This document shows, in pieces, positions 9,601 through 18,323 of a stretch of DNA of 37,115 nucleotides. The position numbers and the translations under genes are program-made. Source of the DNA: a virus. The first letter of the stretch is position 1. Every line of letters starts with the position of its first letter. The notes beneath the pieces are model-generated. The model was given only the letters and a program-made list of their open reading frames with translations, was not told where the DNA came from and ran no database searches. Location of the stretch: the IMG/VR virus record IMGVR_UViG_3300045988_072973, one strand, 5' to 3'.

Positions 9601-10463
9601 GCCACCGTAAAAGCTACCAGTGTCTTCGTCAGCGACAGCAGATTTTCCTTGTTTTCCGCTATATATTTAGCAGTTGATGCCAATCCCTCTAAAATCGGCG
9701 GCAATACTTCTTTCGCTACCGGCGCAAGTATAGCCCCGCCCGCAATAGCGAGTTGTCCGAGCTGTGCCTGCATTACATCAAGCTCTACGCTTATTTCATG
9801 CATCTGCTTTGCGTCAAGCCCTAATCCTTTGATTTTTGCCGCATTTTCTGATGCTTCATTATAGTTTTGCAGGGTTTTAACAAGCGTCAGACCACGGGCG
9901 CCCAGTGTATTCATGATAAATTCCTGCGCATATCCCGCCTGTGACGCTTTTTGATAACCTGCCGCCAATTGTGCGAGCTGATCGTTAAGAGGCAACAGTT
10001 TACCATTCTGGTCTGTCAGAGTAACACCTACGGCACTTAAGACGGCTCTTGTCTTTTCGGCCGCCTCTCCACTGCCTTTGATTGTTGAGTCGAGACGCAT
10101 AAATGCTTTCCCTGCAAGTTCGCTGTCACCGCCGGTTAGCTTGAGTATTCTTGAGAATTTAGCAGCTTCAGCGTTAGTTATTTGCAGCCTTTGTGCGAGT
10201 TCGTATGTTCTGTTTCCCGCATCAACGGCTCCTTTTATCAGGTTCGTCAGTCCGAATCCCGATGCGGCCAGTGCCGCCATTCCGCCGAACTTACCAATTA
10301 GCGTTTCAAGACTTCCCGTGGTTCCTTCCAGTGCAGACTGCATGTCTCTTACTGGATTAACTTTAAACGCTGTCTTGACAGTCCCCGGTACTTTATTTAA
10401 TTCTTTTTGCAGTCCTGACGAATCCGCGCCAATCTTAAGCTGTAAATCAGAAATAGTAGACAT
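6624..10463 (-). CDS. Tape measure protein with an internal NlpC/P60-type peptidoglycan hydrolase domain, 1279 aa
   Basis: Long Ala/coiled-coil-rich ORF after the chaperone pair. Internal QCAAFVSALYQEAGI...DHVGIYAGNGEYIARNSTGG gives a Cys/His signature (Cys codon 8513-8511, His codon 8357-8355). Confidence 0.9.
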   Translation of the reverse strand: MSTISDLQLKIGADSSGLQKELNKVPGTVKTAFKVNPVRDMQSALEGTTGSLETLIGKFGGMAALAASGFGLTNLIKGAVDAGNRTYELAQRLQITNAEAAKFSRILKLTGGDSELAGKAFMRLDSTIKGSGEAAEKTRAVLSAVGVTLTDQNGKLLPLNDQLAQLAAGYQKASQAGYAQEFIMNTLGARGLTLVKTLQNYNEASENAAKIKGLGLDAKQMHEISVELDVMQAQLGQLAIAGGAILAPVAKEVLPPILEGLASTAKYIAENKENLLSLTKTLVAFTVAYKTLQALQKARSAMGSLASIGTGDVSEDALTVQQEKSIARRIKNIEKAAMAEEKAYLKTLSTAQMTDAEKEASYSKYCVMREAKAAETARVEAARMTAAYQEINMQARQSAAVQASAANTAAGAHKAEAGKMVAANTAASASSNMLAAEQTAVTVATQQTGKAAVDTGIRMSTAARGSLGPLRQAASAVWALAGGWLGVAAAIVAATYKLYEFHQEEKREAENAQYVNVNGKDYYYSEKDNTMIRVKENGTRMNVYSQEENDEAKAAWNKKYAAANENSKKLHEKYGDGTSIDKGSINSQIEALKAAFESGTSATKDNTKAIKEAKTYQVEAPIGQEVVNIASRHPEGEQWMSPLVEDARVQCAAFVSALYQEAGIQGLNSINGNQLVNQFGTAYHTAGTGYVPQEGDMIDWKDHVGIYAGNGEYIARNSTGGVHRGSMSEANQWFGNPLGYGSIGEYTGGKTVTLTTDEIGKKANEALRRLNQAKEEAIRLFSTMQESIDSETEGAYMSGMNKLAEDIRQKQEEINKLSNAGIPKDAVEQLQKQLSTYGTVMKQKLTDTWTESWNKIKTETKQIGAELTGDFKALADAEYEATVNALNKERAERLKEVSKNKEDKEAMVAVEEWYTAKTAEAAKKRTDAYRESFEKQAKYAIDNHRSDLLRALTSSRDGQDYMNWKGQTEALETYLSIWKTGHESMQSQIAELAESSTDKFQEFFQNILTGSETLGDSLYNLITGIGETILQQITQQWAGRLTESLFGGSLLGGNNNDSNGGTYDNGMNTMFDAFKNNLSASNVALGLFSGSTQKGGLVMGAYNVIQNAINTGTKPTEVGATVTATGALAAFTTAVGAATVALQLMSAKSGFGFGMFGFATGGPISGPGTATSDSIPAWLSNGEYVLNADAVRKVGLPLLNAINSGRMPRFAKGGAVKTADIRNIESTTITKGGNRSVHLDINTLDAASFADFLRNGAVDEIRKAFFEEDLNFAGNSGVF

Positions 10464-10813
10464 TTATGCACCTCCCTCCAAATGGAATACTTTTTTCAAA
10501 TATTCCATTTCCTTTTTTGCATTTTTCACTTTATCTTCTTCCGTAATCCATAACGGGTCCGCAATCTCATGCGGTTCTATCGGTTTTTTCAGCTGCGGGG
10601 ACATTAGCCATGAAATGAAGTACGCCACGCGGTAATCTTGCAAGCGTCGACGTTCGTCGCTCGCCTCCAGATATCTATAGAATTCAAGCGGCGTCAACCG
10701 CGGAAATTCAGGCGGTTTGAAACCGATGCGGTATGCTATCGGTTCTGCATACCGCATCCAGTCTTCAAATGTCTTTATCGGTGATTCTTCTTTTTCATCG
10801 GCGCCTCTTTTTT
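10464..10813 (-). CDS. T-extension of the tail assembly chaperone, reached by a -1 frameshift from the G frame (GT-like fusion, about 227 aa)
   Basis: The -1 frame is open from the A6 run (minus-strand G AAA AAA G, 10814-10807) through RGADEKEESPIKTFEDWMRYAEP... to the stop at 10464. Confidence 0.7.
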
Positions 10814-11146
10814 CGGCGTCCCCTGTGTAAAAAGTCCGGATTCAACCACCGCATCTACAATGTATTTTGCGAGTTCTCCAATGTTTCCGCCGTTTTCACA
10901 GTACATATCCACGAAATCATAAGCATCAAAATTCTTCGGCTGGTTTAAAAGTCCGGCTCGCAAGCCGGAAATGATAAAGTGTATTGTTGCACTCTGTACC
11001 ATTCCGACCGCGCCGTTAACGAGCACGGAACTTATAACTGAAAAGAGAGACGTTCCGAGATACTGCTCAAATCTCTCAAGGCTTCTTACCGTATACAGCA
11101 ACTGATACCTTGACTCTCCAATTTTGATTTCTATCGGTTTACGCAT
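10775..11146 (-). CDS. Tail assembly chaperone (G-like), 123 aa
   Basis: Position between the major tail protein and the tape measure. Slippery run near its 3' end. Confidence 0.75.
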   Translation of the reverse strand: MRKPIEIKIGESRYQLLYTVRSLERFEQYLGTSLFSVISSVLVNGAVGMVQSATIHFIISGLRAGLLNQPKNFDAYDFVDMYCENGGNIGELAKYIVDAVVESGLFTQGTPKKEAPMKKKNHR

Positions 11147-11148
11147 AA

Positions 11149-11640
11149 TTAGCCTCCGGTAACATCGTCAGCAGCAATTTCAGAAATCGGTCCCTTTCCG
11201 TTTAACGTGGCAGCAACGGTAGCTACCCCGTCGTGGGATACGTCCTTTGTAAAATCGGAAATGGTAACCCATCCGGTCTGGCATGTCTTATCCGGATATG
11301 CGATTTTTACATGAATCGGTATGTCGTGATGGAATGCGTATTCCATAATTGACAGTGCCGCGTCATCCATTACAAGCAAGCCTGTATAGCTGATACTCCA
11401 GGATTTCGGACCCGCGAGCGTTTCTCCCCACCCGCCGGAAGTCTTATGAGATCCATCAATAGAATCTGCTTTGTATTCTACGGGGGAGTTTCTCTGTCCT
11501 CCGACAAGTACCCATGTCGGCTTTTTCCCCGTAGTTGTTGCCTTGTCTATATACAGCAAGGTATCTTTTCCCGCTGTAGCCATAGATGTCCCCTCATATA
11601 CTGGGAGTTTTTTAAGTTCTTCTGCTGATAATTTAGCCAT
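11149..11640 (-). CDS. Major tail (tube) protein, TP901-1/phi13-like
   Basis: 163 aa. Position is right. Sequence LLYIDKATTTGKKPTWVLVGGQRNSPVEYKADSIDGSHKTSGGW is typical of this family. Confidence 0.75.
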   Translation of the reverse strand: MAKLSAEELKKLPVYEGTSMATAGKDTLLYIDKATTTGKKPTWVLVGGQRNSPVEYKADSIDGSHKTSGGWGETLAGPKSWSISYTGLLVMDDAALSIMEYAFHHDIPIHVKIAYPDKTCQTGWVTISDFTKDVSHDGVATVAATLNGKGPISEIAADDVTGG

Positions 11641-11642
11641 TT

Positions 11643-12059
11643 TTATACCTCTTTCTTGTTAAAATTCTGAATAGTAAATAATATTGTTACTGTGCCGTGA
11701 TAGCCTGTTGATACCTCCGGAAAGTCCTCTACCAGATCAATTTGTGTACTATTAATCCGATATTGAGGCAGCTCCATATCGCATCCGTAAGCAGATATCA
11801 GCGCGCATATATCGTTTAGCGTTTCATTGACTTGCTTTTTTCCATCCTCCCCTGCCCATACTTCTACATTCAAGGATGCGTCCCAGATAATTAGATCTTT
11901 ATTTGATAACGGTTTGAACGTAGCCGCGCCTAAGGTGATATAAGGAAGTTTTGCACCCTTAGGAACTGAGCCGTGAATCGGTATCGTTTGACCTTCTTTC
12001 AGCAATTTAAAAACCGCCATCCTGAGAACGGTTGACGGTACGTCTCTGATAAGTCTCAT
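11643..12059 (-). CDS. Tail completion / tail terminator-like protein
   Basis: 138 aa. Synteny between the gp10-like gene and the tube protein. Confidence 0.55.
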   Translation of the reverse strand: MRLIRDVPSTVLRMAVFKLLKEGQTIPIHGSVPKGAKLPYITLGAATFKPLSNKDLIIWDASLNVEVWAGEDGKKQVNETLNDICALISAYGCDMELPQYRINSTQIDLVEDFPEVSTGYHGTVTILFTIQNFNKKEV

Positions 12060-12508
12060 TGAAATATTTTCTCCATTTCATTTTCAATCTTGCCCCGTTC
12101 CTGCATCATTGCCGGCCGCATAAACGGACGCTTCGGCATCTTCCCTGTGCGAATAACTCCGCTTACGAATTTATCGTTTATTCGCATGGCTTTTTTGCCT
12201 TTTCTCGGATCGTTGGATGTTATACGTTCAACTGTCCCGAATTCTACGAGATGCGAATGCGGGGCGTCGCTCTTCACTATTCCCTGCGGCTTTTCTCGTT
12301 CCATTTCGGAATGGATTCCTGCTTTCAGGCTTCCGGTAGGCCCCATCGGCGCTTTTATAATAGCCGCTTTCATAACTGCTATCGTTCCTTTCGCAATGAC
12401 ATTCCTGACTTTCCTTTGCGTTTCCTTATCGTAGCGTTTAATGTCGTTAGCCGCTTTTTGGATTACCTCTCCTGAAAACATCTTGATATCGATTCCGCGC
12501 CTGCTCAT
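12056..12508 (-). CDS. HK97 gp10-family head-tail joining protein
   Basis: HSHLVEFGT and RPFMRPA motifs. 150 aa. Synteny. Confidence 0.75.
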   Translation of the reverse strand: MSRRGIDIKMFSGEVIQKAANDIKRYDKETQRKVRNVIAKGTIAVMKAAIIKAPMGPTGSLKAGIHSEMEREKPQGIVKSDAPHSHLVEFGTVERITSNDPRKGKKAMRINDKFVSGVIRTGKMPKRPFMRPAMMQERGKIENEMEKIFQ

Positions 12509-12819
12509 GTTTCTACCGCCTCTGTTGTTAATACGTAAACGGCAGGATCCGAACGATCTACGTCTATCACCTTATACGTCCGTCCGCTTTCTTCAACATG
12601 CCATCCTTTTTCGATTTTTCGTGGCCGTATTCTTATCCCTTGCGTTATCAAGACAGCCGTGCCGTCTCCTATAATCGCGCTCGGGGTAATACGTTGTTTC
12701 AAGAATTCCGCCCACACGGATCCGACATCTTTCCATTCGATAACGGAGCCAAATCCTACATCCTCACCGATAATAGGCTTTTTAAGCGCTATCCTGTGGC
12801 GCATCTTCCCGATATTCAT
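12505..12819 (-). CDS. Head closure / head-tail adaptor protein
   Basis: 104 aa. The MNIGKMRHRIALKKP start is typical of the phage head-closure family. Synteny. Confidence 0.7.
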   Translation of the reverse strand: MNIGKMRHRIALKKPIIGEDVGFGSVIEWKDVGSVWAEFLKQRITPSAIIGDGTAVLITQGIRIRPRKIEKGWHVEESGRTYKVIDVDRSDPAVYVLTTEAVET

Positions 12820-12822
12820 ACT

Positions 12823-13113
12823 TTACGCTCCGGTTTTCTTCGTGCGCCTGACAGCCCTTCTCGTTGTCTTCGGTTTTTCCTTTGGGGTTTCCTCCGGCTC
12901 TTCATCTTCCTGATCTACTTCCTGATCTACTTCTTCATTCTGATTGTCCGCCGGATCGTCTTCCATGTCTTCATCCTGTTCAAGTACTTCTACATATCCA
13001 CCGGAAATGTAGGCAGTTAATTCTTCCGCTGTTCCGTCGTACGTTTCGCCGGCATCGACGATTGCTCCGTTTATGATAATTTTCTCTAGTGCTTTTACCA
13101 GCATGTCATTCAC
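12823..13113 (-). CDS. Acidic hypothetical protein, 96 aa
   Basis: ORF track. Has a D/E-rich tract (EEVDQEVDQEDEEPEE) and a basic C-terminus. Confidence 0.55.
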   Translation of the reverse strand: MNDMLVKALEKIIINGAIVDAGETYDGTAEELTAYISGGYVEVLEQDEDMEDDPADNQNEEVDQEVDQEDEEPEETPKEKPKTTRRAVRRTKKTGA

Positions 13114-13372
13114 CTCTCGTTTCTAATTGCAGCAGTTGGGCGGTAATTGTAAACGGTAATTCCGCCCCTTGACCTACCGCATTTCTGTTTTCGTACCAGT
13201 AACCTACGATCATATGCATACAAAGGATAGATTGGGCGTCAGTCTCTTTGACTTCGACGCCCGTCCCCTGCAAAATAAACGCTTTGGCTGTATCAATGAG
13301 TGTCCGGATGACCTCATCTTCCTGGTTTCCGTCAACTCGGAGATACGCTTTAACGCCATCCAGAATGCTCAT
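13106..13372 (-). CDS. gp6-like head-tail connector protein
   Basis: LDGVKAYLRVDGNQEDEVIRTLIDTAKAFI is typical of the Phage_connect_1 family. 88 aa. Confidence 0.7.
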   Translation of the reverse strand: MSILDGVKAYLRVDGNQEDEVIRTLIDTAKAFILQGTGVEVKETDAQSILCMHMIVGYWYENRNAVGQGAELPFTITAQLLQLETRGE

Positions 13373-13381
13373 AATACCTCC

Positions 13382-14542
13382 TTATGCAAGCGTCAGCTCG
13401 CCATATACTGCTGCGGCACTGTCAAACGCTTTAACGTCAAGCCTTGTAATTGCCTTGATATCGTAAGAATCGCGAATAAATGAGTTCCCGCCGATACCTG
13501 TGCCTTCAAGTGTAATAAGCTGGCGGTCAAAGAGTACGATTGCATCCGCCAGAGACCCGACAATAATCGGCGCCACTTTCTTCGGAGATGTCGCACTCGA
13601 CAGGTACTTATTGCTGACAACGGTAACCGGATGAGCAAACAACAGTTTCTGTGTCGGATTGAGCGGATTCGGCTGAAGCAGGTAGCGCCCTTCGGAGTCT
13701 TTCAACTTGTCTAAGAAATTAAACCCGTCCTGATTGGTAACGATACCGGACGTCAAAGAAATCGCCGGGTCAAGATCCACATTCAGAATGTCTTTCAAGC
13801 TGTCTACATTAGCAACAGGTTTCTTTGCCAGCGTTTTCATGATTGCGATGATCAAGCTATTTCTTGTGACCACATCTTTCTTAGCAAACCACGCACTCAC
13901 ATAAGAAATGAGATTCTGGTCTGTGTCAGACAACATCTCTTTTGAAATCGGAAGAATGCCTGCATATTTTTTGATCGCGTATGCGATTTTTTCAAATTTC
14001 GGACCGTCGATTTCTTTGATTGTTGCCATTTCATCAACGCTTTCAAGTGGCGTCATTTCTGCCCATTTTTCCATGACGCGTGACCCCGTCATAGTGGTTG
14101 TGGGCGTAATCGTGACAAGCTGGTCCAGCGGATTCAGCGCTCTCTTGAGTTCGTTGATTTTAGTTGAGATGTCCTGCGGAACGATAAGCCCGCCGTCGGC
14201 GTCAACTCCCGCTTTCATGCCCGCCCTGGCTTCTTTCAACACTTCGGCTTCCGCGTCCGTCGGCATCTGGCGCTTAATCTCTTTCACAAGCCCGCTGAAC
14301 ATAAGATCTCTTTTTTCTTCGTCAGTGATTTCAGCCGCGCGTGCCGCCGGGGGAACTGTCGCCGGAACATCTGCCAGCGTCTGCTCAATCTCCAGCTGCC
14401 GCTTGAGTTCTCTCAGTTCAGCTGTTTTACTTTCCGCTTCGTCAAGTTTTTTATCTGCCATTAACGTACGGATCTCTTCTGTTACTTTTGCCATTTTCTG
14501 GCGCAATTCTCTTTCTTTTTCTGTCATTTCTTCTTCCTCCAT
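13382..14542 (-). CDS. Major capsid protein, HK97 family (N-terminal coiled-coil delta domain)
   Basis: 386 aa directly after the prohead protease. Coiled-coil N-terminus followed by an HK97-like body. Confidence 0.9.
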   Translation of the reverse strand: MEEEEMTEKERELRQKMAKVTEEIRTLMADKKLDEAESKTAELRELKRQLEIEQTLADVPATVPPAARAAEITDEEKRDLMFSGLVKEIKRQMPTDAEAEVLKEARAGMKAGVDADGGLIVPQDISTKINELKRALNPLDQLVTITPTTTMTGSRVMEKWAEMTPLESVDEMATIKEIDGPKFEKIAYAIKKYAGILPISKEMLSDTDQNLISYVSAWFAKKDVVTRNSLIIAIMKTLAKKPVANVDSLKDILNVDLDPAISLTSGIVTNQDGFNFLDKLKDSEGRYLLQPNPLNPTQKLLFAHPVTVVSNKYLSSATSPKKVAPIIVGSLADAIVLFDRQLITLEGTGIGGNSFIRDSYDIKAITRLDVKAFDSAAAVYGELTLA

Positions 14543-14544
14543 TT

Positions 14545-14565
14545 AAAAAGCCGCCGTTCGGCGGC
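14545..14565 (-). terminator. GC hairpin plus U5 between the protease and capsid genes
   Basis: Minus strand reads GCCGCC-GAAC-GGCGGC-TTTTT (stem 14565-14550, T-run 14549-14545). Confidence 0.5.
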
Positions 14566-14567
14566 AA

Positions 14568-15191
14568 TTATTGATTTAACAATTCCAGCTCTATATCGAG
14601 CTTCCTTTTTCTGATGTTTTCCTGCTCTTCTTTTAAAGAATTAACATACGCTTCTTTCGATTCCTGCATCGACCGCTGTACGGCCTGCGCTTCGGTGTCC
14701 GGGTATGCCGGTGTTGTGACGATTGACACATCCCATAGCCTTTCGATATGCTTGACTGCCCGATGGTACATGTCTTTCTCACTTTCATATGCCCAGTCTG
14801 CGCCGCTTTCCGCCAGTGTAAATGCGAAAGAACACTGATTGACAACGCCGGCTGCCATATTCGTCATTAAGTCTTTAACGTAAGCCGTATCGGTCGGAAT
14901 CAAGCTAAACCGCAACCCTGTATCATCCACTGTTAATTCCAGGTGTCCCGGTCCTTCGCGGACGGTATTTCTTGCCAGCGGATAGTTCGGGTCGTGATTA
15001 ATCAGCGCCACAACGTTAGACATGTCTGTTTTATCAAGACATCCCCGCTCTAATATTTCATCAACGCCTCCGAAATCTTCCGACCGTTTTCCGAATTTGA
15101 GAGCATACCCCTCTAAGATGATAGTTTTACCATCTTCCAGCGTCCTAATCTCAAACTGCGTCTGATTGATTCTTCTTTCCCTTTTCCCCAT
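14568..15191 (-). CDS. HK97-family prohead protease (S78-like)
   Basis: Synteny between portal and capsid. Start moved to ATG 15191 (MGKRERR), 8 nt after GGGAGG. The ORF track begins at GTG 15200. Confidence 0.85.
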   Translation of the reverse strand: MGKRERRINQTQFEIRTLEDGKTIILEGYALKFGKRSEDFGGVDEILERGCLDKTDMSNVVALINHDPNYPLARNTVREGPGHLELTVDDTGLRFSLIPTDTAYVKDLMTNMAAGVVNQCSFAFTLAESGADWAYESEKDMYHRAVKHIERLWDVSIVTTPAYPDTEAQAVQRSMQESKEAYVNSLKEEQENIRKRKLDIELELLNQ

Positions 15192-16422
15192 TATCATCAC
15201 CTCCCTTCAGTGTTCCGTTCTTCGCTTTTGCTAATTGCAAATCTTTCAGAACGGTAATATCTGTATAATTCAGCGATGCAAGATGGATATCCCCTACATC
15301 GCCTATACATTCCATTTCTTCCATATCGCGGATCTCATTAAGCGTATAAATGCCGGCATAGAGCATGTCTTTGTAGTATTCAGCCCTTGCTTTACTGTCG
15401 CCTCTGAGTTCAGCCGCGGCGTTGAATTTCACATAATAGTTTTCTCTTTCTGGTTCAGTAAACAGTTTATAGTTGATTTCCTGTTCCCATGATGTAAAGA
15501 TCGGAAGAAGCGTTGTTTTGATGTAGTCAAGGCTCATTGCTTCGGCGTTAGCGTACGTTGCACGATCCAGCTGCGCCAGCTTATGCGGCGGTATCCGGTA
15601 GACCTTGGCGACTTCGTTAATTCCGAATTTCTGCGTTTCAATGAACTGCGCCTGATCAAGTTGCATACCCAGCGACTTATACTCCATTCCCAGGTCGAGA
15701 ACTGCTACTCGTCCGGCATTATCTATCCCACCGTTGATTTTTTCCCATTCCTGACGGAGTTTCTTTTTTGCTTCCGGATTGATTTTCGATGCCGCCTGCA
15801 GTACGCCGTGTGTCAGTGTTCCATTCTTGTAGAACTGACTCTGAAATTTCTTGATTGCGTTCTGACTGTCCAGCTCATCAATCAATGTCCGCCATTTCGG
15901 CACACCGATAAGTCCATCTTTTGACATTTCATAGAAATGCAAAACGTCATGCGGCTGCAGATTGTACATCGCGCCTTTTGCATCGCTTGTCGTATATGTC
16001 AGCGCTCCCGATACCACGTTTAATCTGATCGTCGTTTTCGTCGGGTCAAGCGGCCACAGTGATTTCGGGTAGCCGTCCGTCCCCCACTCAATGTATGCGA
16101 TAGCGTTTCCATAAAATCCCATGTGGTATTGTAAAGTCCGCTTAAGAGCAAGCGGTGTCATGAGCGGATTCGGCCGTTTATACAGCAGCTTTGCTACGGG
16201 GTGTTTCATCCCTTCCGTCTTTTTCCCGCCGGTCCTGAATGTGTGGATCGGCAGTTTACCGATGTCGTCAGCCAAAATGTTGACGCACGTATAAATGTTG
16301 CTGTTTTTACTTGCCGTTGCCGCCGTTACGCCGTCACCGTTAATGGCGGATATAAGCCAGTCCGCGGGGCCAAGCAGTGTACCGGAGTCCGCCGGATTTG
16401 AAAAAAGCTGTCTTAAAAGCAT
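15151..16422 (-). CDS. Portal protein, HK97 family
   Basis: 423 aa. Position after terL. Typical portal sequence. Confidence 0.9.
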   Translation of the reverse strand: MLLRQLFSNPADSGTLLGPADWLISAINGDGVTAATASKNSNIYTCVNILADDIGKLPIHTFRTGGKKTEGMKHPVAKLLYKRPNPLMTPLALKRTLQYHMGFYGNAIAYIEWGTDGYPKSLWPLDPTKTTIRLNVVSGALTYTTSDAKGAMYNLQPHDVLHFYEMSKDGLIGVPKWRTLIDELDSQNAIKKFQSQFYKNGTLTHGVLQAASKINPEAKKKLRQEWEKINGGIDNAGRVAVLDLGMEYKSLGMQLDQAQFIETQKFGINEVAKVYRIPPHKLAQLDRATYANAEAMSLDYIKTTLLPIFTSWEQEINYKLFTEPERENYYVKFNAAAELRGDSKARAEYYKDMLYAGIYTLNEIRDMEEMECIGDVGDIHLASLNYTDITVLKDLQLAKAKNGTLKGGDDNGEKGKKNQSDAV

Positions 16423-16592
16423 TATTTACCACCGCCTCTCTGTGCTTTGGCAAAAACAACCGCCAAAAACAGGCACTCTATAGCCGCTGTATATACCGCA
16501 ACTACAGGAGATATCAATACGCCGCCGGCAATCATCAAAATACACCCGACGAACAGGAAAATGTCATCAATCACATATAATATCTTTTTCAC
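16422..16592 (-). CDS. Small two-helix membrane protein, 56 aa (below the ORF-track cutoff)
   Basis: GTG 16592 lies 4 nt after TAAGGAGG. Translation (V/M)KKILYVIDDIFLFVGCILMIAGGVLISPVVAVYTAAIECLFLAVVFAKAQRGGGK. Its stop overlaps the portal ATG (TAATG). Confidence 0.5.
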   Translation of the reverse strand: MKKILYVIDDIFLFVGCILMIAGGVLISPVVAVYTAAIECLFLAVVFAKAQRGGGK

Positions 16593-16601
16593 ATGTCCTC
16601 C

Positions 16602-18323
16602 TTATAAGCTGAAATCGTCACTCAAAATATAGTCACTCATATCATCTTCTTCCGTAATCCGCGCACGCGTAAATGCATTGATGACAGATGCTATCGGGTC
16701 AATTCTGTTTGTTGATTTTTCTTTATCAAGCATGATGTTTTCGTTCTGGTCTTTTTTTGTGACCGCGTTACTGATTGACCAGTCAAGCAGCGGATTTTCA
16801 AAATGCAGAATATTTCCTTGGTACGCATTTTCTCTAAATGATTTTGTCGGTTCTGACAGCGTCATCATGCCCTGCCGGACTTCTACGCATGTATATTCCA
16901 TTTTTTCAAGTTCCTGCGCATAGTAAGTCGCATTATATGGGTCATAGCAGATTTCTTTAATGTTCAGCCCTAACTCTTCTGCTGTTTCTATCATCCATTT
17001 TGTCATGTATCGATAATCGACTACTTCTCCCGGATTTACCGTCAGCCAGCCGCCACGAGCATAGTAGTCATATGGAACTCTATCTGTTTTTATCTTTCTC
17101 TGCAGCGTCTCTTCCGGGATGAAGCTGTGACCGATGACGATGTACTTCGTCCCGCCATCTTCTTTGGCTGGAATAACCATCCCGATGGACGTCAAATCAA
17201 CTTTGCTTGATAAGTCCATGCCGACATAAGCATCTAGTCCGTATAAGTCGTAACTTTCTATCCGTCCTCGAGTGTTCCATTTCCCCATGTCCATATACGA
17301 TGCCCCAGATTGCTGGTTCCATATGTTCATGTTTTTCGTGAGAAATGATGACATTTTTTCCGGTGTTTCGACTGCCACTTTCAACGCGCTCCTTATATTT
17401 GCAATGCCTTCCGGGTACGTTGCTACTATCGGGTTTGCTTTTATCCAGCATTTTTCGTTTTTAACATCGTCGATCAGGTTTCCATCCTTATCTTTATCCA
17501 GTTCATTAACCATACAGAAATAATCCGGTACGTCATAATCAATGTCCGGATTGAGGATCTTTTCTACTAGTGGATATTCTACTCTGTAGCACGGTCCTCC
17601 GAAGTTCGTCCCTGCTGTAGTGATAATAAACAATAGCGGCTGTTTTCTTGCCATCATGCCTGTGTCGATAACATCCAATATTTCTGATGTCGGGTGCGCG
17701 TGATATTCATCAATTAAGCCGCACTGCGGATTGAGGCCGTCTCCGGTCTTTCCGTCATCTTTCGATAATGCACGAATGATAGAGTCGCTTTTCAAGTGTC
17801 GAATGGTACCATAGCTTTCTTTCCACTTTCCTTTCATTTCCGGCCATCGTCTGAGCATGGCCAAAATTTCATTATAGATAATTTTTGACTGTATGCTTTT
17901 GGTTGCTCCGATGTAGACTTCTGACATCGGCTCCCCCATAGCCATCATTTCATAATCGCCGACTATGGCGAGTGACTGTGATTTTGCATTTTTTCTCCCT
18001 ACTTGCCAGTACGCTTTTTTAAAACGCCGGAGTCCCGTATCTTTGTTGACCCATCCGTATATGTTTCCGAAAATAAACCGCCGGATAGGTTCAAAAATAA
18101 TGGGCTGCCCAGCTAAAATCCCTTTTGTGTGTTTATGCATGGCTGCCCATGCGAAGAACCGTTCCGCTCTTTCTTCGTTGAAAACATACGGAAATTTCTT
18201 TGTACCCTCTTTTTCCACGTCCTGCAAAAAACGCATACACGCCCATCTGTGTTTTTGGCATATATGCGTTTTATCTTTTATGCTTTTTTTGCTGTACCTG
18301 CTAAGCTCTTGCTTCAGCGTCAT
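16602..18323 (-). CDS. terL: Terminase large subunit
   Basis: 573 aa. Walker A-like VGRKNAKSQS. Follows the P27-type small subunit. Confidence 0.9.
   Translation of the reverse strand: MTLKQELSRYSKKSIKDKTHICQKHRWACMRFLQDVEKEGTKKFPYVFNEERAERFFAWAAMHKHTKGILAGQPIIFEPIRRFIFGNIYGWVNKDTGLRRFKKAYWQVGRKNAKSQSLAIVGDYEMMAMGEPMSEVYIGATKSIQSKIIYNEILAMLRRWPEMKGKWKESYGTIRHLKSDSIIRALSKDDGKTGDGLNPQCGLIDEYHAHPTSEILDVIDTGMMARKQPLLFIITTAGTNFGGPCYRVEYPLVEKILNPDIDYDVPDYFCMVNELDKDKDGNLIDDVKNEKCWIKANPIVATYPEGIANIRSALKVAVETPEKMSSFLTKNMNIWNQQSGASYMDMGKWNTRGRIESYDLYGLDAYVGMDLSSKVDLTSIGMVIPAKEDGGTKYIVIGHSFIPEETLQRKIKTDRVPYDYYARGGWLTVNPGEVVDYRYMTKWMIETAEELGLNIKEICYDPYNATYYAQELEKMEYTCVEVRQGMMTLSEPTKSFRENAYQGNILHFENPLLDWSISNAVTKKDQNENIMLDKEKSTNRIDPIASVINAFTRARITEEDDMSDYILSDDFSL

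Noticed and set aside
12903-12930. Tandem 12-nt repeat ttcctgatctac x2
   Set aside because: It simply encodes the EVDQEVDQ acidic tract of the 96-aa protein. There is no sign of an independent function.
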